DNA of 64,000 bases from an uncultured Candidatus Saccharibacteria bacterium. Lineage in GTDB: Bacteria; Patescibacteriota; Minisyncoccia; Phycocordibacterales; SW-6-46-9. This document shows positions 42,055 through 52,151 of this stretch, piece by piece. The DNA lies in NCBI GenBank assembly GCA_964534365.1, contig CAZHOI010000001.1, forward strand, positions 55,560 to 119,559. The letters run 5' to 3'. Made by a program: the position numbers and the translations under genes. How positions within the stretch are numbered: the stretch's first letter is position 1; each line of letters starts with the position of its first letter. The notes beneath the pieces were generated by a model. It was given only the letters and a program-made list of their open reading frames with translations. It was not told the DNA's origin and ran no database searches.

Positions 42055-42690
42055 ATGGACCAAAATCAAGAACTACAGCGCTATCTATCATCATTGCCCG
42101 GTATCGGACCTCGTCAGGCTCGCCGAATAGTGTATTACTTATTGCGAAAAGAACCGAGCTACAGTCGCCGATTAGGAGAATTATTATTAACTGTTAGGTC
42201 AAACACTAAATTATGCCAGGAAACCTTTCATTATTTTTACAGCGATGATGGTCAATCACTATCCCCTATTGCTAGTGATCAAAATCGTGATCATAGCAAA
42301 ATTTTGGTAGTAGAAACTGATTCCGACTTAGAAAATGTTGAATCCCTGGGTCAATGGCAAGGTACCTATTTTGTCTTGGGTGGTGTATTGCGCCCTGATT
42401 TGGATCAGATTAAATATGAATCTTATATCAAATTATCAGATTTTAAACGATTAATTCAAAGAAAGGTCTCCGAGAACAAATTAACTGAAGTCATCTTTGC
42501 CCTTAGTCCCACTGTTAATGGTGATTTTACTACTGAAATTCTAGAAGAAACCTTGGTTAACCTATTAAGTGAATCAATTCATAATATCGCTATCTCTAGA
42601 CTAGCGAGAGGTCTATCTACCGGGTCATCGCTAGAATACATTGACGGCAGTACTTTCTCCCAAGCCCTTAGTCATCGAGATAAAAAGTAG
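42055..42690 (+). CDS. recR: recombination mediator RecR
   Basis: LPGIGPRQARR HhH, TOPRIM (ILVVE, YFVLGG), SRLARGLSTGSSLEYID; Zn finger degenerate. Confidence 0.92.
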   Translation: MDQNQELQRYLSSLPGIGPRQARRIVYYLLRKEPSYSRRLGELLLTVRSNTKLCQETFHYFYSDDGQSLSPIASDQNRDHSKILVVETDSDLENVESLGQWQGTYFVLGGVLRPDLDQIKYESYIKLSDFKRLIQRKVSENKLTEVIFALSPTVNGDFTTEILEETLVNLLSESIHNIAISRLARGLSTGSSLEYIDGSTFSQALSHRDKK

Positions 42691-42714
42691 ATTAAAAAAA
42701 CTCCCTAAGGGGTT

Positions 42715-43029
42715 TTACAACGATGTAATTTGAAGAGTAGTATGGGGTTGGCGGTGTCCGGTTTTTTTGCGATAGTTTGATTTTGGTTTGAAACGCAGAA
42801 CAGTTATTTTTTTATCTTTACCGTGATCCAATACTTGAGCCTCGACTTGTTTGCCGCTGACAGTTGGTGTCCCGACTGAGACCTTATCACCATCCGAGTG
42901 CATCAAAATTTCATCAAATACCACCTTGTCACCTTCGTTAACATTGGCAATCTTTTCCACTTTTAATATTTGGTCTTTGGCAACTTTGTATTGTTTGCCT
43001 CCGGTTTTAATTACTGCAAAACTAGACAT
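42715..43029 (-). CDS. rplU: 50S ribosomal protein L21
   Basis: FAVIKTGGKQYKV...KKTGHRQPHT. Confidence 0.97.
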   Translation of the reverse strand: MSSFAVIKTGGKQYKVAKDQILKVEKIANVNEGDKVVFDEILMHSDGDKVSVGTPTVSGKQVEAQVLDHGKDKKITVLRFKPKSNYRKKTGHRQPHTTLQITSL

Positions 43030-43177
43030 AGTGTTCTGCATTCTGCCAGAAGTTAGGCTTTTTTTCAACCATATTAACAGTACTGGTAATTTTCAAGATA
43101 TTGTTCCTTTGAATCATAATCATATTTTTCAAAAAATTCATTCTCTGGCATATAGTAAGTTACATGACATGTTCCTT

Positions 43178-43738
43178 TTAAATACCAATTTCCATCCCGT
43201 TTGTTAGAACCTGTCCCATGTAACCTATCTCAATTTTTAAATCATCAGTTCCTAAAGGAATAGGTTTAGATCCATCGTATATATTGCCATTGTATAGACC
43301 AAATACGGCAGTTTTTTGAGGTTCAGTCCTAGATTCTTCTGAATAATACTTAGTTTTTGTTTTTTCAACCTCAATAAAACCAAACCCTTCGGGAGACACA
43401 CCCTCCAGTACTCTACCATGGTAATAAATTCCATTTTTGTCTCTAGCCCAAGCTCCATCAATAATCTCAAAAGATTCTTGGTCTAAGTGATCATAAAATT
43501 CAGGACTTGCTATTGGTTCAATCACGTACCACTTATCATCATAATTCCAGTAATATCTATTATTATACGGGCCGCTACTTTGATAGATCGAAGCTAATTC
43601 ATAATTTTCATGTATTACCACATCATTTGGCTTTTCAATAATCTGATTGTTTCGATCAGTTGAGACAAAACCAATACTAGCTGTAATTATTAATAGTATA
43701 ACTAATAAGACAGTTAGGAGTATGGATTTGGTTTTCAT
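43178..43738 (-). CDS. secreted/membrane protein, DKNYY-repeat-like
   Basis: N-terminal TM; DQESFEII...WARDKNGIYYHG repeat unit. Confidence 0.6.
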   Translation of the reverse strand: MKTKSILLTVLLVILLIITASIGFVSTDRNNQIIEKPNDVVIHENYELASIYQSSGPYNNRYYWNYDDKWYVIEPIASPEFYDHLDQESFEIIDGAWARDKNGIYYHGRVLEGVSPEGFGFIEVEKTKTKYYSEESRTEPQKTAVFGLYNGNIYDGSKPIPLGTDDLKIEIGYMGQVLTNGMEIGI

Positions 43739-43893
43739 AATTAACACAGGCAATAATACCACACACACTATTAGTGTTAGGCATTTTAAATCTATACCAC
43801 TACGTTAAACTTCGGGGCACCGTCACTTTGCACACTTCTTGTGCTGCGCGCCGCGAAGCTAAAACAACCCGCAAGGCGAGTTGTTTAGCGAAG

Positions 43894-43914
43894 TGGTGAC
43901 CCTACGGGGAATCG
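43894..43914 (-). repeat. att-site direct repeat (copy of tRNA-Glu 3' end)
   Basis: TGGTGACCCTACGGGGAATCG is identical to 56867-56887. Confidence 0.9.
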
Positions 43915-44236
43915 GTGTCAGCTCACTAATTCGCTAGGCTCATAAGTGGCTCCTACCCGGTCTCGAAAGCTGGGCTTTCTCCGACTTTTGATTATTACCA
44001 CTGGTAATTCACTTAAAACTAAAACAGCTTCAGATAAACTGAAACTGTTGTTAGCTTTTGTGAGCCTATAGCAGGTAGAACTTATTGTTCACCTTGTCAG
44101 GTAAGGCTATTTTAGCACCAAAACATAGATCATATACAACCCTTCAACAGCCCTAGTAAAAAGTGACAAAAGTTACACATATCGCGCTTGTGTCACAAAG
44201 TTACACAGCCCTGTAACAAACGAGTCTTTTTGCCAA

Positions 44237-47200
44237 TTATTTTTTAGCCTTACGAACAGTTCCTTTGACCACTTTCTTGACAGCAGTCTTTTTAGCGACA
44301 GCTTCCTTGGACTTATTTGTTGAGGTAGCTGGAATGTACTTTGTACAGTCAAGAGAAATCGCTGAGACACCATCTATCTTCATGAATGTATACTTAACAG
44401 TATCAAGTGTTTTTAGTTCTTCATTTACAATAATAAGAAAAATCCCGTGGGATGCACCATATCCATCCATGTACCTCTGTAAACTTTTGTATGATTTTGA
44501 TTCTTCAACTTTTCGTCCTCTGATGTCTTTGTTTGAAGTTAATTTTATTTCAACAATAACTGGACCTACAAATCCATATCGAATGATGAGATCCACACGT
44601 TTGTCGTCGAGTAAATCAGGTTCTCTTAAAACTTCAGATTCTATACCTCTTTTGAGAAGCGCATTTTCAATCTGAGTCGTTATTGTTTTTTGTATTAGCT
44701 TTTCGTATTCTTGCTTTTTAGAATCAAGAACTCTACCACCCAGTATCAATTCATAAGCACCTTCTCCTTCAATCCACTTTCGTAAGTCAGAGTCAAAAAC
44801 ATCTTGCAGCTCTCTAGTCAAATCAGCTGATGTTGTTATGCGTGAGTCTACATACTTTCGAGCAGCATTGTATCTCCGTATAGCCTCAGCATATCGAATT
44901 GGTTTTCCTATAGCGTTCAGATAAGCAAGTCGTAGCTTCACAATGTGTCCAGCAAGCCAATTTGCACCTTTCTTCTTTGTACCAATTGCTGCAATTTTTT
45001 CCTCTAAAATCTTTAATGGCTTATAGTCACCAAATTCTTTCAGGTTTTCAAAGTAGGCAAATGTAATCTCCCATAGGTATTGAGCATATGAACGATGGTT
45101 CTCTCCCATGGCCCAAACCTCCAGTGCTCTGTCCAATAATAATAAGTATTCATCTTCGAAACCTTGGTATTTCAAGTCCATAAGTGGCTTTGCAAACTCT
45201 TTACCAAATCGAATTTCATCCTCCATAGGTGTGACAGTATGTGCAAATCTTGACCTTCGTCTCGTCGGGGTAGCTGCCACTCTTGATTTAACTTGATCTA
45301 GCCTCCAATTAACAGCATCACGATTAGCATGTTTAGTGATAAGAAGTGAATTGGCTGCAATAGCAATCTCTCTTTCATCTTCCTGAGTACTCTCTTTGTA
45401 CATTCCAAACACACTCATTAAATAGTTTTCGTCTGAATGTAGGGTTTCTGAAACATTTAGTGCCTTAATTCGGTCTCGTGAGCGAAAGTCGCTTTGATGA
45501 ATAAAGTCTTTTAAAATAGGCAACGCCTTGGTCAGACTGTATTGTTCAACTGAGTCGACAAACGCATCAGGTTGCCATTTCCATAAATCATTATCTCTAG
45601 AAGAATAAATCTCAACTACTGGATCAAGTTCTTCCTCAGTAAAATCAGGAATCAGTTCAAATACCGTTTGTAGCTGTTCGGTGTGAGCAAAAGGTATGAA
45701 CTTAGCGATGTTAGATCTATAAGGGGTGATTTCTATCTTTCTAAGCTGAGCTGATTTTAGAGCATCTCCAAATATTATTGCTGCGCCACTAGCAGTATAG
45801 TTGCGACTTGCACCATCGTCAGTTTCTGAGTTTATGGTGAGGCCGTGTGAAGAAGGATCATGTCGCAAAGCTTCCTGTATTATCAAAGTATCAAATCGAT
45901 ATTTGTCATCGGAACTCATAAGTTTTTCAAGCTTTTCTGCATTTGAGTTGTAATCGTAAAACACTCGATTCATGTACATGTTTTCTGCTGGACAAAGAGA
46001 AGTTTTGAATGCCTCTAAAATCCGATCATCGTTAGCATCATCATGATTTACTTGCTGTTGACTCCTTGCTTCTTCATATTCCTGATATAAGGTTGGCAAT
46101 TTACTTCTACCTGCTTCGTATATCAATTCTGCGTCTTGACCACCCTTTAGTTTAATGCGCGTAAGTGTATGCATTACAACATTTTGCTGTTCGTCAGCAG
46201 CCAACATTGCATCTATAAAGGTTGCAACATCTTCTACTCTCAATAAATCTTCAAAGAAGTCCTGAGCAAAATATAATCCGTGGGCACCTTCCTCATCGCT
46301 GTTGAGCTGATTAATAAGTACAACAAAGAAGTCATCATTTTTATCTCGCAATAACTTCATTATTCCTCTTACAAAAGTCGATTTGCCTCTAGTAGAAGAT
46401 ACGGAGTAGTGGACGGATTTAACAATTGCTTGAAATAACAAATCTTGCATCTCATCGTCAAAACCGTCTTTGATATGATCAACGATTTTCAAGTCTTTAT
46501 CCTTAAAAATTGAAGTATCGTCTAAAAATTCTTTACGGAACTGCTCATCTTCAATATATATTTGCAAGAATTTTTTAATTGCTTGTGGCTCGGTGATTTC
46601 ATATATGCCGTACCGTCCGTGTAAATCATTAGCTCTAATCAGCTTTACAAACGCATTAATACTCCTGTCACTATTAGGATCAAGTGAAGTGCATAGTGAA
46701 ACATACTCGCGCATCACGAGTTCATCAGGAGTGTCTGTGATGTCAGGAAGATCATTAACAATAGTTTTATCACCAAACTCAGCTAGAGCGTACAATGCAT
46801 GTCGAGGCAAAACACCATTCTCATACGCATCTGATGAGTAACTTATTAGTTTTTCCCTCCAGTATTCTTTATCGATTGATACTTTTGATTTCAATAAATA
46901 TGCCAAAATATATGACACGTTTCCTAAGGGTACATAATATTTTGTTGAATCTTTCTGTTCTGTTTCAGCTTTCTCAACAATCTGCTTAAGGAACTTTTCG
47001 AGATCTGAACTAAAGAAAGCAGGTAGTGCCGATGTTAGCTGTCCAGGTATCCACTGAAGCCTATTGTTGTGATAATTTATTACGTCTTTAAACAATCTTT
47101 TTTTAACTTCTAGAGGAGTAAGACTTGGATTAATCCTGCCCAAAAAATTAATAAAAGATTCGTCAACAATTTTGAATGCTGTTCCGCTTATTCCAGAAAA

Positions 47201-48340
47201 GTCGATTAGTTGACCGAGCATCTCAGTGTCCATATCTGTGTAAAAACTAAGAGTATTATACCAAGCCGGATATATCTCTTTCATAACTGGATCAGTGGCG
47301 AATTCAAATATAGCTTTTCGGGGTTCAGCTAAACGAGTTATCTCTTTAGCGGCAAGATATTCTTGAAACTCTACGTTTTCAAACTCAATCTTACCCGTAT
47401 CGTATTTGCTAGTTTGGAGCACTGTGTTCTCTAATAAAATATCTATACCAACTTGAGCAAGTACCATCAGTTTCAGATCGGAACAAATCTCGTCAAAAAA
47501 TGTCACTAGTTCATCACGAGTAATATTATTACTCTGATAAATTTCCATAGTCAGCGCTAGTTTCTCAAGCAATCTTTTTATAACAGGCTCTAAATCACGA
47601 ATTTGTTCATTTCGTCCTGACTCAAGAGATAACTTTGAATAGATAAAGTGTTCAAACAGATCATTACGAGAGAAGTTGGAAATATTTGTAACCCCTTTTG
47701 CTTTAACAAAATCTTCAAATAAAAATAGATAGCGTGGAATTTGGATTATACTCTGGCCATGAAAACGTAACGATCTATTAAGTAAATCTTCGACTTCACC
47801 CTCACTTAGACCGCCTTTTTCAAGGTATTCACTGATTTGACCAGGCGTAAATGGTTTAATTATTATAAATCTGTATGTAGGGAAAGAGCTTGCGTACTTA
47901 TCCATAAACACCCACCGACTTGATATATAGATATTGATTTTTGGATATTTCTCAGATATTTCTTGTATTTTTTTCAGCACGGAATTGAATTCTGAGCGAG
48001 GTACTTCATCTAAAGCATCTAGAAAAAGTGACTTGGTCTTTTTTGATGATTTACCAACAAACTTATCAATTTCATTAATAGCAGTGCGAGAGCTTAAAGG
48101 AATAAAACTTGTTGTATGTCCATCATGCTTAAGATGATTCTCCATCTTTTTAACCAATTCAGTTTTTCCTATACCTGGCTCACCAACCACAACAGTTCTC
48201 CTACCTTGAGCCAAACTACCTATAGGAGTTGGTTTTGCATCATAAAAAACAAAGTGGCCAAACTTATTGTATTGCTCTTTTGCCTCCCTAAAGGAAGATG
48301 AAACTTCAGTGATAGGAATTATGTATCTGTTGTCACTCAT
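44237..48340 (-). CDS. large STAND/NACHT-like P-loop NTPase with C-terminal PD-(D/E)xK-like nuclease
   Basis: Walker A VVVGEPGIGKT, Walker B LFLDALDE, YISSR sensor, EFENVEFQEYLAA winged-helix motif, long helical region, C-terminal REPDLLDDKRVDLII...IVEIKL. Confidence 0.75.
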   Translation of the reverse strand: MSDNRYIIPITEVSSSFREAKEQYNKFGHFVFYDAKPTPIGSLAQGRRTVVVGEPGIGKTELVKKMENHLKHDGHTTSFIPLSSRTAINEIDKFVGKSSKKTKSLFLDALDEVPRSEFNSVLKKIQEISEKYPKINIYISSRWVFMDKYASSFPTYRFIIIKPFTPGQISEYLEKGGLSEGEVEDLLNRSLRFHGQSIIQIPRYLFLFEDFVKAKGVTNISNFSRNDLFEHFIYSKLSLESGRNEQIRDLEPVIKRLLEKLALTMEIYQSNNITRDELVTFFDEICSDLKLMVLAQVGIDILLENTVLQTSKYDTGKIEFENVEFQEYLAAKEITRLAEPRKAIFEFATDPVMKEIYPAWYNTLSFYTDMDTEMLGQLIDFSGISGTAFKIVDESFINFLGRINPSLTPLEVKKRLFKDVINYHNNRLQWIPGQLTSALPAFFSSDLEKFLKQIVEKAETEQKDSTKYYVPLGNVSYILAYLLKSKVSIDKEYWREKLISYSSDAYENGVLPRHALYALAEFGDKTIVNDLPDITDTPDELVMREYVSLCTSLDPNSDRSINAFVKLIRANDLHGRYGIYEITEPQAIKKFLQIYIEDEQFRKEFLDDTSIFKDKDLKIVDHIKDGFDDEMQDLLFQAIVKSVHYSVSSTRGKSTFVRGIMKLLRDKNDDFFVVLINQLNSDEEGAHGLYFAQDFFEDLLRVEDVATFIDAMLAADEQQNVVMHTLTRIKLKGGQDAELIYEAGRSKLPTLYQEYEEARSQQQVNHDDANDDRILEAFKTSLCPAENMYMNRVFYDYNSNAEKLEKLMSSDDKYRFDTLIIQEALRHDPSSHGLTINSETDDGASRNYTASGAAIIFGDALKSAQLRKIEITPYRSNIAKFIPFAHTEQLQTVFELIPDFTEEELDPVVEIYSSRDNDLWKWQPDAFVDSVEQYSLTKALPILKDFIHQSDFRSRDRIKALNVSETLHSDENYLMSVFGMYKESTQEDEREIAIAANSLLITKHANRDAVNWRLDQVKSRVAATPTRRRSRFAHTVTPMEDEIRFGKEFAKPLMDLKYQGFEDEYLLLLDRALEVWAMGENHRSYAQYLWEITFAYFENLKEFGDYKPLKILEEKIAAIGTKKKGANWLAGHIVKLRLAYLNAIGKPIRYAEAIRRYNAARKYVDSRITTSADLTRELQDVFDSDLRKWIEGEGAYELILGGRVLDSKKQEYEKLIQKTITTQIENALLKRGIESEVLREPDLLDDKRVDLIIRYGFVGPVIVEIKLTSNKDIRGRKVEESKSYKSLQRYMDGYGASHGIFLIIVNEELKTLDTVKYTFMKIDGVSAISLDCTKYIPATSTNKSKEAVAKKTAVKKVVKGTVRKAKK

Positions 48341-48389
48341 GTATGCAAGTATACTAAAATCCCATGTTTTATACTAAAATAAGCTTGTT

Positions 48390-48830
48390 ATGGACATTAA
48401 ACTCTTTGATTTAGAACTCAATCAAGTCAATCCAGCTGATATGGATAAAAATGTTAAGTACGAAGTACTTCGTATCACTGATATAAACCTGCACGGTAAC
48501 CAAAAGCGCCCGACCCAGAACCAAGGCAAGAAAATTGTAAAAGCACTCGAACGATCTGAACCAGTCAGAACCTACCATAAACATAAAAATATTACCCAGG
48601 TAGACGAGAATACCATCACGTCAACACTAGATATGCTGGGTTTTTTGCATAATGATCCGCACTTTGATGCGTATATTAAAAAAGCTCAAGCAGCTGGTAA
48701 AGAAGTGCTGCTCGCATTCCCAGCAGACGGCGTACCCATCTTTCTTGGTAAAGATGCTGCTGAATTTATGGAGGGTACACCTGCTTATAGAAAAACTAGG
48801 TTTGCACAAAAGAAAGACAATGATGTATAA
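48390..48830 (+). CDS. hypothetical protein
   Basis: 146-aa ORF divergent from the NTPase; no recognised motif. Confidence 0.65.
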   Translation: MDIKLFDLELNQVNPADMDKNVKYEVLRITDINLHGNQKRPTQNQGKKIVKALERSEPVRTYHKHKNITQVDENTITSTLDMLGFLHNDPHFDAYIKKAQAAGKEVLLAFPADGVPIFLGKDAAEFMEGTPAYRKTRFAQKKDNDV

Positions 48831-48894
48831 TTGGGGCATCAATCAATAGATTGCTTGTGTACAAAAGCAAGTAGTGTATCGTCTCACGACCATG

Positions 48895-48956
48895 CCTATT
48901 TCGCACAAGAAATAGTTAACCAATTCGGTTCTGCTATTTCGTGTGTGAGATAGGTA
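48895..48956 (+). promoter_or_regulatory. long inverted repeat upstream of the MTase-terminase operon
   Basis: CCTATTTCGCACAAGAAATAG ... CTATTTCGTGTGTGAGATAGG forms an imperfect long stem. Confidence 0.4.
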
Positions 48957-48997
48957 TTTTCTATTTCATGCATTTTATAACTTAAACAAGTTTTAAA

Positions 48998-50281
48998 ATG
49001 ACGAAAAAACTAATATGGCACAACGCCACCAAAACAGTGGATGAACTCATTCCGCAAACTATCAACCCTCGCACCATTACCAACAAACAAATGGACGATC
49101 TCAAGAAGAGTCTAAAGAAATTTGGACTGGCTGAGATACCAGCGATTGATGCCGACGGTACTATACTGGCTGGACATCAGAGAATTAAGGCACTTCAGCT
49201 TCTTGGTCGGGGTAGCGAAGAAATCGACATTCGTGTCCCTAATCGTAAGCTCACCAAAGCTGAAGCAAAGCAGTATCTCATTTCATCAAACAAGCTGGGC
49301 GGTGACTGGGATTTTGAAGCTCTTAAAAGCTTCGATATCGACCTGCTTGCCAACTCTGGCTTCGATGATCTTGAGTTAGCTGAATTTTGGGATAAGGACT
49401 TATCAACTGAAGACGACGAATTTGACGAAGATAAAGAAGTAGATAAAGCCAAGGATACCGATATTGAATCTGGTGATCTTTTGGTACTTGGGAAACATAA
49501 GTTGTTATGCGCAGATTGCACTGATACAAGTGCCGTACAAGCTCTCTTTGGTGATGACCGCACCAGCTTCATCTATTCAGACCCACCGTACAACATCAAC
49601 CTCGACTATGACAAAGGCGTTGGTAACAAAAGCTCGTACGGCGGTAAGGTCGACGACGACAAAAAACCAGAACAATACAAAATGTTTATCAAGCAGACAC
49701 TCGAGGCTGCCTTGTCTGTATCGACCAAAGATACTCATGTGATGTATTGGTGCGATGAAGCGTGGGTTTGGGTATTTCAGACACTGTATAACGAACTTGG
49801 AATTAAAAATCGACGCCTGAACCTATGGTTAAAAAATAATGCCAGCCCGACACCTCAAGTAGCATTTAACAAAGTCGTTGAATTTTGTGTATATGGCACA
49901 CTCGGCAGTCCATATCTATCCAAACAAACCAGAGACGTGACTGAGGTGCAAAACAAAGAACTGGGTACTGGCAATCAGCTACTCGAAGATGTATCTAATG
50001 TCTGGACAGCCAAGCGGCTAAAAGCCAGTGAATACGAACACCCAACTTCTAAGCCGCCGACACTGCATGAAAAAGCAATCAAACGTTGCACAAAATCAAA
50101 TGACATTATTTTCGATTCGTTTGCTGGTTCGGGCAGTACTTTGATTGCCGCTGAAGCACTTAAACGTCGAGTGTATACCATCGAGCAAAGTCCGATATTT
50201 TGTGAAGTTGTTCGTCGGCGATATGAGAAATTAACTGGGAAAAAGGTGCAGCTAATCAAACACTTCTATGAAAAAACCTAG
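48998..50281 (+). CDS. ParB-like N-terminal domain fused to N6/N4 DNA methyltransferase
   Basis: INPRTIT...ILAGHQRIKAL (ParB-like), SDPPYN catalytic motif, HPTSKP, DSFAGSGSTLIAAE SAM-binding motif. Confidence 0.88.
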   Translation: MTKKLIWHNATKTVDELIPQTINPRTITNKQMDDLKKSLKKFGLAEIPAIDADGTILAGHQRIKALQLLGRGSEEIDIRVPNRKLTKAEAKQYLISSNKLGGDWDFEALKSFDIDLLANSGFDDLELAEFWDKDLSTEDDEFDEDKEVDKAKDTDIESGDLLVLGKHKLLCADCTDTSAVQALFGDDRTSFIYSDPPYNINLDYDKGVGNKSSYGGKVDDDKKPEQYKMFIKQTLEAALSVSTKDTHVMYWCDEAWVWVFQTLYNELGIKNRRLNLWLKNNASPTPQVAFNKVVEFCVYGTLGSPYLSKQTRDVTEVQNKELGTGNQLLEDVSNVWTAKRLKASEYEHPTSKPPTLHEKAIKRCTKSNDIIFDSFAGSGSTLIAAEALKRRVYTIEQSPIFCEVVRRRYEKLTGKKVQLIKHFYEKT

Positions 50282-50654
50282 ATATTCCAAACAGTTCCTT
50301 GAGGAACTAAAGAAGGTGCCAATTGTGCAAGTGGCGTGCGAGAAGACTGGAGTCTCTAGAAATACTGTCTATCGCTGGAAACGGGACGACAAAGACTTTG
50401 CCGCTGAATTTGATGACGCTTTAGCTGAAGGAGTTAATTACGTCAACGATATGAGTGAAAGTCAGCTATTACAGCTGATCAAAGATCAAAACTTCTCAGC
50501 GGTGCGTTTTTGGCTCAATAAACGCCATCCAGCATACAAGGAGAAGCTTGAAGTAGTGAACAAACATGAGGTTATTGAACTAACAGATAGTCAGAAGAAA
50601 ACTATCAAACAAGCTTTGCAATTAACCAATCCTAAGACAAAAGAACATGACTAA
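50268..50654 (+). CDS. HTH protein, terminase small subunit-like
   Basis: IVQVACEKTGVSRNTVYRWKRDD HTH; directly upstream of the large terminase-like gene. Confidence 0.7.
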   Translation: MKKPRYSKQFLEELKKVPIVQVACEKTGVSRNTVYRWKRDDKDFAAEFDDALAEGVNYVNDMSESQLLQLIKDQNFSAVRFWLNKRHPAYKEKLEVVNKHEVIELTDSQKKTIKQALQLTNPKTKEHD

Positions 50655-52083
50655 CATTCCTAATCATCTCATAGAAAAGATTACTAATGACATCGCCGTT
50701 CGTCGTGAAATCACTAAAGACAGCCATCGGTACTTTATGGCGATTTATCTGCATGAATACATCAAGTATCCAAGTGCTTCATTTCACTCGGAAATGATTG
50801 AATTCACCGAGCGGACAGATGAAAAGCTGTTTGCAGTAGTGTCATTTCGAGGCTCTGCCAAATCAACCATCTTTTCACTGTCGTATCCAATTTGGGCTAT
50901 TCTCGGCAAACAACAGAAAAAGTTTGTGTTGATTATTTCTCGTACCCAAGTGCAAGCTCGACAATTGCTTCACAACATTAAGGTTGAACTAGAACGCAAC
51001 GATCTACTTAAACAAGACCTCGGACCATTTGAAGAACCACAAGATGAATGGCGCGCGGCTTCTATTGTGATACCGAAGTACGATGCTCGTATCATGGTGC
51101 TATCCGCTGATCAAAGTATGCGTGGACTGCGTCATAAGAGTCATCGTCCTGACCTTATTATCTGTGACGATATCGAAGATATCGCTTCAACCAAGACTCA
51201 AGATAATCGAGACAAGACATTCAATTGGTTTACCGGAGAAATCATCCCAGCTGGTGACTTGCATACAAAGATCATCTTGATTGGAAACCTTGTTCATGAC
51301 GACTCACTTATGGTGCGCCTACGTGAAAAAATTGAAAACAATGAAGTGTCAGGAGTGTTTAAAGCTTATCCGCTGATCAACAGTCACGGCGAGTGTTTGT
51401 GGCCAGAGAAATTTCCAGATGAAGCATCACTTGAAGCGTTACGAAAAGAGGTTATGAGCAAACAAGCATGGGAACGTGAGTATTTGCTCAAGATTATTCC
51501 AGACGATGAGCAGATCATAGATCCACTCTGGATTCGTACCTATCACGAGATACCAGCTGATATGAAGCGTCTTGGTGTATTTGTTGGCGTTGATCTAGCA
51601 ATTTCAGAGAAAACTACCGCTGATTATACCGCGATGGTTCCAGTACTAGCTTGTTCACGAAATAGTGAGTTGTATCTGTACGTCTTGCCTGAAATCGTAC
51701 ACGCTCGGATGAGTTTTCCAAAAACGTGTGAGCAGATACAGTATCTTGATCTCAAGCTTAACTCAAAATACAAAATGAATCCGGAGTTTATTATTGAGAA
51801 CGTGGCGTATCAAGATGCAGTGGTGCAGCACTTCGATAAAACATCGATTGATGTTGAGGGTGTGCGTCCGCTTGGTGACAAGCGAGAAAGACTGAACCTT
51901 GCTGCTACAGCTTTGAGTGATAAGCGAGTGTTCTTCCCGCATGAAGCTAGCGATAAACTCATTCAAGAGTTAGTCCACTTTGGCTCAGAAAAGCATGACG
52001 ACCTAGCAGATGCATTTTCGCTAGTGACACTAGAGGTGATGGTTAATAAGAAACCAGAGCGACCGGTAGTGTTTTTTGCGTAG
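50647..52083 (+). CDS. phage terminase large subunit-like protein
   Basis: FRGSAKST Walker A, LIICDDIED Walker B, GVDLAIS...ADYTA and KHDDLADAFS RNase H-like nuclease motifs. Confidence 0.82.
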   Translation: MTNIPNHLIEKITNDIAVRREITKDSHRYFMAIYLHEYIKYPSASFHSEMIEFTERTDEKLFAVVSFRGSAKSTIFSLSYPIWAILGKQQKKFVLIISRTQVQARQLLHNIKVELERNDLLKQDLGPFEEPQDEWRAASIVIPKYDARIMVLSADQSMRGLRHKSHRPDLIICDDIEDIASTKTQDNRDKTFNWFTGEIIPAGDLHTKIILIGNLVHDDSLMVRLREKIENNEVSGVFKAYPLINSHGECLWPEKFPDEASLEALRKEVMSKQAWEREYLLKIIPDDEQIIDPLWIRTYHEIPADMKRLGVFVGVDLAISEKTTADYTAMVPVLACSRNSELYLYVLPEIVHARMSFPKTCEQIQYLDLKLNSKYKMNPEFIIENVAYQDAVVQHFDKTSIDVEGVRPLGDKRERLNLAATALSDKRVFFPHEASDKLIQELVHFGSEKHDDLADAFSLVTLEVMVNKKPERPVVFFA

Positions 52084-52151
52084 CGAGTATGTGACGCTTT
52101 TAATACCCTGCATAGCTATGCAGGGTATTTTGGTCTGTCATTAATATAGAT

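Noticed and set aside
43894-43990. second tRNA-Glu gene
   Set aside because: Only the 3' 21 nt match; there is no D or anticodon arm, so it is an att duplicate.
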